From an uncultured Verrucomicrobiae bacterium (lineage in GTDB: Bacteria; Verrucomicrobiota; Verrucomicrobiia; Chthoniobacterales; UBA10450): a stretch of DNA of 64,000 nucleotides. The DNA lies in assembly GCA_963815455.1 (NCBI GenBank), contig CAWFGO010000001.1, positions 1,408,001-1,472,000 of the forward strand, in the 5' to 3' direction. Positions 18,417-26,232 of this stretch are shown one piece after another; positions within the stretch are counted from its first letter, which is position 1; every line of letters starts with the position of its first letter. Under the pieces are notes generated by a model that did not search any database, was not told where the DNA came from, and worked only from the letters and a program-made list of their open reading frames with translations. A program made the translations under genes and the position numbers.

Positions 18417-19105
18417 AGCAGGATCGAACCGGCTCCGGCGTCATCAAGCGAAAGGAGGCGATCGGAAAGCTCATTGAGAGCGAGCCGCACATCGTGGAAC
18501 CGGCCCGCCAATCCTTCGAACACGTCATCGAGTTCGCAGCGACGCGCGGTGGCGTGCGAGGCGACAAGTTGATAGTTAGTGCGGCCGACTTGTTCGTAGA
18601 ATTCGATGTCGGGCGCACCGCGCATGCTGCGGCGTTGGGTGTTCTCGTGAAAAATACCGCTAACGAATAGTGAGTAGTTTCCGGCATGAGCACGAAGCAG
18701 AAAGGCCTGCTCCGGCGTCGCTCGTTCCAGCGCGATGAGCATGTCGGAAATATATTGCCGGCCGCGATTCTCCTCGTTGTCCGGCGCGACCAGCCGATTG
18801 GCACGCGAAAATGTCTCCAAAAGTGAGCCGACGTAATCGGACAGTTTGCGATCGGCGATTCCGGCCTGTCGCAAAACATGCCGGGCCAGCACGTAGAAAT
18901 AAAATTGCGAAGAAATCCGCAGCTGTCCCGGGTTCGACAGGATCGCTTCCATCAAACCCGGATGATCGAGCACGGAATCGCGCGTTTCCGCGTCGCTGAG
19001 AAGATCGACAAGGGAAACGTGATCGGTCTTGGAACGGGCGAGGGTGCGGACGATAAAATCGAAATCCGTAGCGGTGAACCGCTCCCGACAATTCGCCCTA
19101 ATCAT
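18413..19105 (-). CDS. Hypothetical protein
   Basis: Clean 230-aa ORF (YVGSLLETF, AGNYSLFVSGIF, FYEQVGRTNY), coupled to the downstream gene. Confidence 0.75.
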   Translation of the reverse strand: MIRANCRERFTATDFDFIVRTLARSKTDHVSLVDLLSDAETRDSVLDHPGLMEAILSNPGQLRISSQFYFYVLARHVLRQAGIADRKLSDYVGSLLETFSRANRLVAPDNEENRGRQYISDMLIALERATPEQAFLLRAHAGNYSLFVSGIFHENTQRRSMRGAPDIEFYEQVGRTNYQLVASHATARRCELDDVFEGLAGRFHDVRLALNELSDRLLSLDDAGAGSILL

Positions 19106-19202
19106 CGCGTCCTCTTTTATACGATACCGACGAGACTGGAAGCAAGCTTGTTCGATGCCATGCGCGATTTGCGCCCGAGGCGCCGCCGGCTTTGGTTTGG
19201 AT

Positions 19203-19616
19203 ATGCGCAGCCCGATTCGCTTCCTCGCCTTCGTCCTGCCTTTTGCTTTCTGGTTCGGTTCGACGGCCTCGGCACTGACGCTGAATCTTCCTTACGGAAC
19301 GCTCACGCCCGGGTTTGGGATCAAAACGCGCGTGGGAACATTTGATCACGCCGTGCTCTACTCACCCTCTCCCGTCGTGCCGCCAGGCACGATACCGCCT
19401 CGTTTCCACGGACGCGGTGTTTTCATTCTCGATCTTAATACCGCCCGAGGAACCGTGAACGCAGCCCGCGTTTTCAAAAGCACAGGCAACCAACAGGTCG
19501 ATGCCGCCTTGGTCGTGGAATTGCAAAAATGGCGTGTGCGACCGCGAATGATCTACAAGTTGTACGTGCCGGTGACCGTCACGACTCCCGGGAAATTCGT
19601 CTTCGGGACGCCCTAG
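19203..19616 (+). CDS. Exported TonB C-terminal-like domain protein
   Basis: Signal peptide; GRGVFILDL..RGTV..ARVFKSTGNQQVDAALVVELQKWRVRP...VPVT. Confidence 0.65.
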   Translation: MRSPIRFLAFVLPFAFWFGSTASALTLNLPYGTLTPGFGIKTRVGTFDHAVLYSPSPVVPPGTIPPRFHGRGVFILDLNTARGTVNAARVFKSTGNQQVDAALVVELQKWRVRPRMIYKLYVPVTVTTPGKFVFGTP

Positions 19617-19626
19617 CCGAACTTGG

Positions 19627-22600
19627 CTAATTCGTTTTCGCCGGATTTCGATCCGGATAGGGCGGAATCGGCGGCAGGTCGTAACGCTTGGTCTTCAGCT
19701 CGTCCTGGATTTCCTGGATCCCGCGGTCGAGCTGCTGATCTTCGCCGCGGAATTCCTTGGCCGGATCGTTATCGACCACGATATCGGGATCGACGCCGTG
19801 GCCTTCGATGATCCAGCCTTTGCCCTCTTTCGAATAAGGCGCGAACTCCGGCTTGAAAAGATTTCCGCCGTCGGTGAGCGGCAATGGATTGCGAATGCCG
19901 ACTACGCCACCCCACGTGCGCTTGCCAATTAGTTTGCCCAGGCCTAACGATTTAAACCGGAACGGAAAAATGTCGCCGTCGGACGCCGAGAACTCGTCGA
20001 TCAACGTGACCATCGGACCGGTGAAGGTCTGCGATGGATCGGTTTGAGGCGCGCTGTTACGCGCCATCTCGATCATAACCAGCGCGCGCCGGAGTCGCTC
20101 GATCACGAGCGGCGAGACGAATCCGCCGCCATTGCCGCGCACATCGACGATGAGCCCTTTCTTGCGAATCTGCGGGAAATAATGCTTGGTAAACTCGTTC
20201 AGGCCGGACTGTCCCATATCGGGGATGTGAATGTAGCCGACTTCGCCACCGGTTTTCTTCGTGACTTCATCGAGGTTCTTTTGCACCCAGGCCAGATAAT
20301 AAAGCGGCGCTTCATCGGCCGTGGGCACGACGGTAATATCGCGCGCGCCGGCGTCGGCCGGCTTGGAATTGACTCGCAGAATAACCTGCTTGCCGGCGGT
20401 ACCGATAAGCGCGTCGTAAAGATTCGGCATACCGGAAACGGGCGTGCCGTTAATGGCGAGAAGATAATCGCCTTCCTTCACATTCAGGCCGATTTCCCGA
20501 AGCGGCGAGCGCGTATCCTTGTCCCAATTTTCTCCGGGCAAAATCCGGTCGATCCGGTAGGCGCGCGTGGCCGGGTCGCGCGAAAGTTCCGCGCCGAGAA
20601 GTCCGAGTTTGATCCGCGGGGTCTCCGGGCGTTCGCCGCCGGCGACGTAAGCGTGGCCATTATTCAACTCGCCGATCAGTTCGCCGACGAGATAAGTGAG
20701 ATCGTTGCGGTGATTCACGAACGGAAGGAGCGCGGCGTATTTGTCGCGCGTCGCTTTCCAATCGACCCCGTTCATGTTCGGCGCGTAAAAGAAATCGCGC
20801 ATCTGGCGCCAGCATTCGAAATAGATCTGATTCCATTCGGCGTGACGGTCGAGGCGCATGTCGAGGCCGGCCAGCTTGAGCTTGTAATCTTTTCCGCTCT
20901 TCTCGTCCTTGATCTCGATCTTGTCCTTGGGCAGATCGATCACGGCGTAATCCTTCTTGATCTTGACCAGCATCTTTTTGCCGTCGCGGGTGATTTCATA
21001 ACCGTTCACGTCGCCGTGCACGGTCTCTTTGCGATCTTCCAGACTGTAGGAACAGAGATGATATTTCCTGTCGCGACCGTCATCCTCATCGTCGTTGTCC
21101 TTCTCGTCGGCCAGGGTGTGACGAAGATAAAAGATCCGGCCGTCCACCAGTCGGAGATTGCTGTATTCGGCAGACTCAATGTCGAGCGCGGCGAGGCGGT
21201 CCTGAATGCCGTCGATGTCGATCTTGGTTGGCGTTGGCTTCTTATCTTTCGCGTCTTTTGATTCGCCCTTCTTGTCGCTCGATTTTTTATCCTCCGATTT
21301 TTTGTCGTCCTTTGATTTCTCCTCGTCCTTTTTCTTATCGCCTTTTCCCACTTCGTCGCTGCGCGGAGCGAGGGGCGACTCGGTTTCCTTGGCCAGCGTG
21401 ATCAGATAAACGCGGTCCAGATCGCGGTAAACGTTGGAGAAATCGGTCTGGCCAAAGATCGGCTTGAAATCGCGGCTCGAGGTCAAAAGAAGATATTTGC
21501 CATCATCGCTGAAAGTGGTGTTGCTGGCCGAATACCAGCTATCGGTCACGGCCACGGTCTTCTTGTTCGCTAGCGAATAGAGGTACGCCTTCTCGCCGTC
21601 GTTCTCCTCCGGTCGGGACCAGGCGATCCATTGGCTGTCGGGTGACCAATCGTAGCTGCGAATCTCGCCGAACTTGTCCTGATCGACTTCGGTCACGGCT
21701 TTGCTGGCGACATCGACATAGCGCAAACGCTGCAAACGATCGCTCCAAAGCAGCTTCTTAGAATCGGGAGACCAGATCGCTTGATAATAATATGTGTCGG
21801 CTCCCTTTGTGATTTGTTGTGGCTCGCCTTTGCCATCCTGCGACCGCACATAAAGCTCGTTCTCGCCGGTGGCGTCGGAATTGTAGGCGATCCATTTGCC
21901 GTCGGGCGACCAGACTGCGTCGCGCTCGTGGGCGTTGGATGTTCTGGTTAAATTGCGCGGCGTGCCGTCCCGTCCCGGCACGGAGTAAAGGTCGCCCCGG
22001 GCCACGACGATGACGCGTTGCCCGTCCGGAGCCGGAGTTACCGACTCGATATGTTTGGATGCATCGACCATCGAAGGACGCCCCGACGCGAAATCTTCCT
22101 TGATCTCGATCGGTACCGGCGTCGCCTGTCCTGTGCTCAAGTCGTAGCGCCAGACATAGCCGGCCTGTTCGAACACGACTGCGTCTTTGCCGATCGACGG
22201 AAACTTAATGTCGAAATCCTTGAACTGCGTAAGCTGTTTCGTGTTTTGGCCGTTCAAGTCGATCGAGAAAAGGTTCATTCGGCCATCCCGATCGGAGAGG
22301 AAATAGATCAGGTTGTCGGGACCCCACATTGGGCAAATGTCCTGCGCGGGGTTGTTGGTCAGGCTCTTCGTTTCACCGGTCTTGAAATCGTGGAGCCAGA
22401 CGTCGTCGGCCATGCCGCCGCGATAATGCTTCCAGGTGCGGAATTCCCGGAAGACCCGGTTATAAACCATCTTGGAATCGTCCGGCGAAAACGAAACGAA
22501 TCCGCCGCGCGGCACGGGCAACTGCTGTGGCAATTCGGTATCGAGGCCGACGGTGTAAAGCTGACCGATGAAGGAATCGAACGATTTTTTCCGGGTGCGG

Positions 22601-23031
22601 AAAACAACGAGCGGCTTGGTGTTTTCCCACGTCATCACGATATTGTTAGGCCCCATCCGGTCGGAAATGTCGTCCCGGCCGAGGGTTGCGGTGATGGTCA
22701 AGCGCTTTGGCTCGCCACCGTCGCCAGGCATCACATAGACTTCGGTATTGCCATCGTAATGCGAGGTAAAGGCGAGCTGTTTCCCGTCCGGCGAAAAATG
22801 AGGGAACGAAGCGTATCCGGGCCCGCTCGTTAGACGCCGCGCGATGCCACCCTCTTTGGCGACGGTGTAAAGTTCCCCGGCGTAGCAGAAAACGATCTGA
22901 TTGCCGTTCGTGGTCGGGAAACGAAGCAGGCGGGTGGTGTCGGGCAATTTTTGGTCCGCGCCTTGGCTGATCGACAATAGACCGGATGCAACAACAAGAA
23001 GCGAAAGGAAGAATCGAAAATGGATGCTCAT
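19627..23031 (-). CDS. Tricorn protease homolog (S41, beta-propellers + PDZ)
   Basis: LLRFPT, repeated WSPDGK, WRQMRDFFY, GYIHIPDM, DVRGNGGG, FSASDGD, GKRTWGGVVG, IEGHGVDPD. Confidence 0.95.
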   Translation of the reverse strand: MSIHFRFFLSLLVVASGLLSISQGADQKLPDTTRLLRFPTTNGNQIVFCYAGELYTVAKEGGIARRLTSGPGYASFPHFSPDGKQLAFTSHYDGNTEVYVMPGDGGEPKRLTITATLGRDDISDRMGPNNIVMTWENTKPLVVFRTRKKSFDSFIGQLYTVGLDTELPQQLPVPRGGFVSFSPDDSKMVYNRVFREFRTWKHYRGGMADDVWLHDFKTGETKSLTNNPAQDICPMWGPDNLIYFLSDRDGRMNLFSIDLNGQNTKQLTQFKDFDIKFPSIGKDAVVFEQAGYVWRYDLSTGQATPVPIEIKEDFASGRPSMVDASKHIESVTPAPDGQRVIVVARGDLYSVPGRDGTPRNLTRTSNAHERDAVWSPDGKWIAYNSDATGENELYVRSQDGKGEPQQITKGADTYYYQAIWSPDSKKLLWSDRLQRLRYVDVASKAVTEVDQDKFGEIRSYDWSPDSQWIAWSRPEENDGEKAYLYSLANKKTVAVTDSWYSASNTTFSDDGKYLLLTSSRDFKPIFGQTDFSNVYRDLDRVYLITLAKETESPLAPRSDEVGKGDKKKDEEKSKDDKKSEDKKSSDKKGESKDAKDKKPTPTKIDIDGIQDRLAALDIESAEYSNLRLVDGRIFYLRHTLADEKDNDDEDDGRDRKYHLCSYSLEDRKETVHGDVNGYEITRDGKKMLVKIKKDYAVIDLPKDKIEIKDEKSGKDYKLKLAGLDMRLDRHAEWNQIYFECWRQMRDFFYAPNMNGVDWKATRDKYAALLPFVNHRNDLTYLVGELIGELNNGHAYVAGGERPETPRIKLGLLGAELSRDPATRAYRIDRILPGENWDKDTRSPLREIGLNVKEGDYLLAINGTPVSGMPNLYDALIGTAGKQVILRVNSKPADAGARDITVVPTADEAPLYYLAWVQKNLDEVTKKTGGEVGYIHIPDMGQSGLNEFTKHYFPQIRKKGLIVDVRGNGGGFVSPLVIERLRRALVMIEMARNSAPQTDPSQTFTGPMVTLIDEFSASDGDIFPFRFKSLGLGKLIGKRTWGGVVGIRNPLPLTDGGNLFKPEFAPYSKEGKGWIIEGHGVDPDIVVDNDPAKEFRGEDQQLDRGIQEIQDELKTKRYDLPPIPPYPDRNPAKTN

Positions 23032-23219
23032 AGAAGTAAGGAGAGTGAAAGTCATCACACTGCCGTCGAATAAATCGGATGCAACTTTGATTTCATTCCA
23101 AGGCAGGCGGGCAGACGTTTACCAAGTTTAAAGACGCCGCCGGGCGCCGATTTTGGCTATTTTGTCTAGTTACTCATTAGCAATCCTGCGAGTTGCGGGC
23201 ACAAAACAGGAGGTTGTTA

Positions 23220-23462
23220 CTACCAGAGGCGCTTTTTCGCGAATGCGTGGCCTGACCCAGATTTGAGATAACGCTCAAAGGCTTCTGCCTTAGCTTGGTC
23301 GGCGAACGCAATATATGTCGTCAGTTTCCAAGGCCTGAACTTTGAAGAGTGGAAGGATTTTCCCGCGTTGTGCTCTCGGAGCCGTTTTTTGAGATCAGTG
23401 GTCATTCCCACATAACGTTCGCCTTCCTTAATGAGACTCTCAATTAGGTAAACGTAATACAT
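23220..23462 (-). CDS. Small GIY-YIG nuclease
   Basis: MYYVYLIES...YVGMTTDLKKRLREHNAG...RPWKL...AEAFERYLKSGSG; AGGAGG RBS upstream. Confidence 0.92.
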   Translation of the reverse strand: MYYVYLIESLIKEGERYVGMTTDLKKRLREHNAGKSFHSSKFRPWKLTTYIAFADQAKAEAFERYLKSGSGHAFAKKRLW

Positions 23463-23539
23463 CGTAGTCCCTCCTTCGCTGAAGCTTCGGAGGGTAATAA
23501 TATACTTGACCGACCGCTTCATTGGCATATTCTGCTCGC

Positions 23540-24490
23540 ATGAACGCACCCGAAACTTTGCTCGAAGCAGTCTCGTATTTCAGCAATCCAGAGAACGCTT
23601 TCCAGTTCTTTGTCGGCATTCGCTGGCCGCGTGGAGTGCGTTGTCCGCGCTGCGGTTCTGATAAGGTGACGTTCCTCGCAAACGCGAAGGTGTGGAAATG
23701 CAAAACTCCGCACCCAAAGCAAAAGTTTTCGGCAAAGGTCGGAACGATCTTTGAAGATTCGCCGATTGGCCTGGAGAAATGGCTTCCCGCAATGTGGCTC
23801 GCCGCTAACTGCAAGAACGGAATCAGTTCTTACGAGTTGCACCGCGCGATTGGCGTAACGCAAAAGACCGCTTGGTTCATGTTGCAGCGGATTCGGCTGG
23901 CAATGCAGGACGACTCTATCGAGAAAATGAAAGGCCGTGTTGAAGCCGATGAAACTTTCATCGGCGGACTGGCTCGGAACATTCACAAGAATAAGCGCAA
24001 AGTTCGTGGAACAGGTGGAATCGGTAAGGAACTGCCGTGATTGGACTCTTGGAACGCAATTCGCCGAATCAATCCTCTCGGGCGTTCGTTGCAAGGTTAT
24101 TGAGAACGTGCGCCGTCATCATGTCGATTCGCTGAGGTGCGCGAGAATGTCGAAAAGGGGACGGATAGTTTTCACGGATGCTCTGGATTCCTACAACCAG
24201 CTTTCGGGTGAATACGTCCACAACGTAATCAATCACGCTGAGTGCTATGCCAAAGGACACGTCCACACTAACGGGCTTGAAAACTTTTGGTCGCTCCTGA
24301 AACGCGCGCTGAAAGGAACCTATGTAAACGTTGAGCCTTTTCATTTGTTCGGGTATCTCGATGAACAAGCGTTTCGGTTTAACGAGCGCAAAGACGACGA
24401 CCAAGGGCGATTTGTTAAGGCGCTCGGCGGCGTTGTGTGGAAAAACTTTGAAATATGCCAAGCTCATCGCGGCAGAGGGTGGTGATGGCA
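23540..24490 (+). pseudogene. IS1595-family DDE transposase (frameshifted near 24025-24140 and 24440)
   Basis: RWPRGVRCPRCGS Zn ribbon, GISSYELHRAIGVTQKTAWFMLQRIR, VEADETFIGG, VFTD, VHTNGLENFWSLLKRALKGTY, YLDEQAFRFNER. Confidence 0.9.
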
Positions 24491-24639
24491 TTCAATTTCC
24501 GAGACGTGGCAAACGGCATAGCAGCATTTCATGATCTATGCGCAGCGCGACTAGCAATGATAACTCCGATAAAGATGCCGAAAAACAATCCGACCGCGCC
24601 GAAGACAGCGCAAAGAAAACGACTAGCGGCCGAAGTAAT

Positions 24640-25446
24640 ATGAGCGGCTTCATATCGTTTCTGTTCAGCGCGATCGTGTTCGTCATTACATTTGGGTTCG
24701 TTCTCGGATACATGTTCAAAGGTACTTACCAAGGTTACGTCGCTAGCATGTACTGGGGATTCGCAGCATATGTCGCCGCTGGCGTCGCTATCTTTTCGGG
24801 GTTTCATTATTTCGTCCTTGCGCCGTCCAAGGCAAATACGCCGCGATTGTCCTTCTCCGTTGCACAGGAACTTGCGATTACGAGTCAAAAATATGACAGT
24901 CCATCGTTCTGGTTTGGATTCGAGAACGGAACCCAAATGTATTTGTCGCCTGTTAGTGATGTCATGTACGTCCGATTGACTAACGGACTGGAATCTAAGC
25001 CACTTCTCATTGATTCCTATTTCCTTGAGGTTCGCGTTTCTGGCAAGCCGTGGAAGTACGCTACCCGTTTTCGGCAGCGCGATATTGAGCGAGGGAAAAT
25101 ATTCTCGACTTTTCTTCAAAACGGTCCCGCTAACTCTGTGGAAGTGACGGAAACGGTTCCACAATTCGAGCAAGTTATTAGAGAGAAAAACATTGGGGCT
25201 GGCGAAACTGTCAGAGGATTGATTTTTGTCGAACGCCCAGCGGGTTACGACGCCCACCCCGACGCCCGCCAGTGGCGACTTACGATTCGGGACGTGAATG
25301 GCGCAGAGGGGAATGCAGTAATAACACGATCTACTATGCCGCGCGGGGACGACTCTATTACTGAGCTTTATTTCAAGCCTGGCAAACGAACCGATATTAC
25401 TGGAATGACCTTCATTCTTTACAGCAAAACAGGTCGTTATCGTTAG
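24640..25446 (+). CDS. IS passenger: membrane-anchored hypothetical protein (2 N-terminal TM helices, beta-rich domain)
   Basis: ORF inside the TIRs, visibly more AT-rich than the flanks; alternative start 24538. Confidence 0.7.
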   Translation: MSGFISFLFSAIVFVITFGFVLGYMFKGTYQGYVASMYWGFAAYVAAGVAIFSGFHYFVLAPSKANTPRLSFSVAQELAITSQKYDSPSFWFGFENGTQMYLSPVSDVMYVRLTNGLESKPLLIDSYFLEVRVSGKPWKYATRFRQRDIERGKIFSTFLQNGPANSVEVTETVPQFEQVIREKNIGAGETVRGLIFVERPAGYDAHPDARQWRLTIRDVNGAEGNAVITRSTMPRGDDSITELYFKPGKRTDITGMTFILYSKTGRYR

Positions 25447-25470
25447 AGACGAACCGCATAAACAAGTGAC

Positions 25471-25641
25471 ATGAAGAACACTGAAACACGCGAGGAAACG
25501 CTTGCGCGATTGGCTGAGGATTCCAGCGAAGGAAAGACATCGGCCAAACGATTCGAGGCCCTGGTTAGGCGGGTAGCGAAAACGCCAACGCCAGCAGTAA
25601 GAGCCAAGGAATCGGACACATCGGAAGCAGCGAGCGAATAG
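25471..25641 (+). CDS. Small IS-associated hypothetical protein (56 aa)
   Basis: Manual translation MKNTETREETLARLAEDSSEGKTSAKRFEALVRRVAKTPTPAVRAKESDTSEAASE, just inside the right TIR. Confidence 0.5.
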   Translation: MKNTETREETLARLAEDSSEGKTSAKRFEALVRRVAKTPTPAVRAKESDTSEAASE

Positions 25642-25817
25642 ACCTTTCGCCCTGTCACGGCGGCAGCGGCACAATAGGCCAACCGCACGGTCGGTCAAGT
25701 ATATTATTACCCTTCGGAGGGCGTCCTGCTTCCCGCAATCGTGCATCGCTTTCCTGCCGAGCGCACTGTGGTTCGAAGCCGGCGCCAGTTCTGCGAAGCG
25801 CGTAGCGCGAAGCAGGA

Positions 25818-25904
25818 CGGAAGGGGTGGGATTCGAACCCACGGTGGGTTACCCCACGCTCGATTTCGAGTCGAGTGCCTTAAACCGGACTCAGCCACCC
25901 TTCC
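25818..25904 (-). tRNA. tRNA-Ser(CGA)
   Basis: GGAAGGGTGGCTGAGTCCGGTTTAAGGCA-CTCGA CT CGA AA TCGAG-long variable arm-GTGGGTTCGAATCCCAC-CCCTTCCG; CCA not encoded. Confidence 0.95.
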
Positions 25905-26094
25905 AAATTTGGCAAAGAAGAAAGCGCCCAACGATCCGAGCCGGACGGGCGGTTAACGTCCAACATCCAAGGCCCAATGCAAACGCCATTTGCCCATGCG
26001 ACGGCAGGATGCTCATCCGTTTCATCCGCGTAATCCGCGGTCTGCCTGAGCCCCAAAAAATGTTACAATTTTTGTCTTGCCGCGTTTGCCCTTT

Positions 26095-26142
26095 CCACTG
26101 CATATTGTGCGTCCGCCCGGGAGGCTCCGCTATTACTTGTTG
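26095..26142 (+). promoter_or_regulatory. Tandem NrdR boxes
   Basis: CCACTGCATATTGTGC and CCGCTATTACTTGTTG with starts 32 bp apart, upstream of an RNR gene. Confidence 0.6.
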
Positions 26143-26232
26143 TTCACCGGTATTTCCGACTGTTCACAGGTTATTAGCGTCGCTGTTCACCGGTATTGAC
26201 AACAATTAACAACCTGAACCCCCCTCCCAATC

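Larger units (their letters stand above)
23493..25711 (+). mobile_element. IS1595-family element with passenger genes
   Basis: Perfect 24-bp TIRs GGTAATAATATACTTGACCGACCG (23493-23516; 25688-25711) and 8-bp target duplication CTTCGGAG (23485-23492; 25712-25719). Confidence 0.92.

Noticed and set aside
23990..24140. Programmed frameshift in the IS1595 transposase
   Set aside because: Several separate indels with no clear slippery site, in an assembly with frequent indels; decay or sequencing error is more likely.
24529..25842. 437-aa minus-strand ORF
   Set aside because: Starts inside the tRNA, crosses the IS boundary and is antisense to the passenger gene; composition is not protein-like.
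23100..25904. tRNA-integrated genomic island or prophage
   Set aside because: No integrase and no duplicated tRNA 3' end seen. The foreign DNA is explained by the IS1595 TIRs and TSD.
25905..26232. Cobalamin riboswitch before nrdJ
   Set aside because: No recognisable B12-box or conserved core. The region is accounted for by tRNA upstream sequence, short repeats and NrdR boxes.
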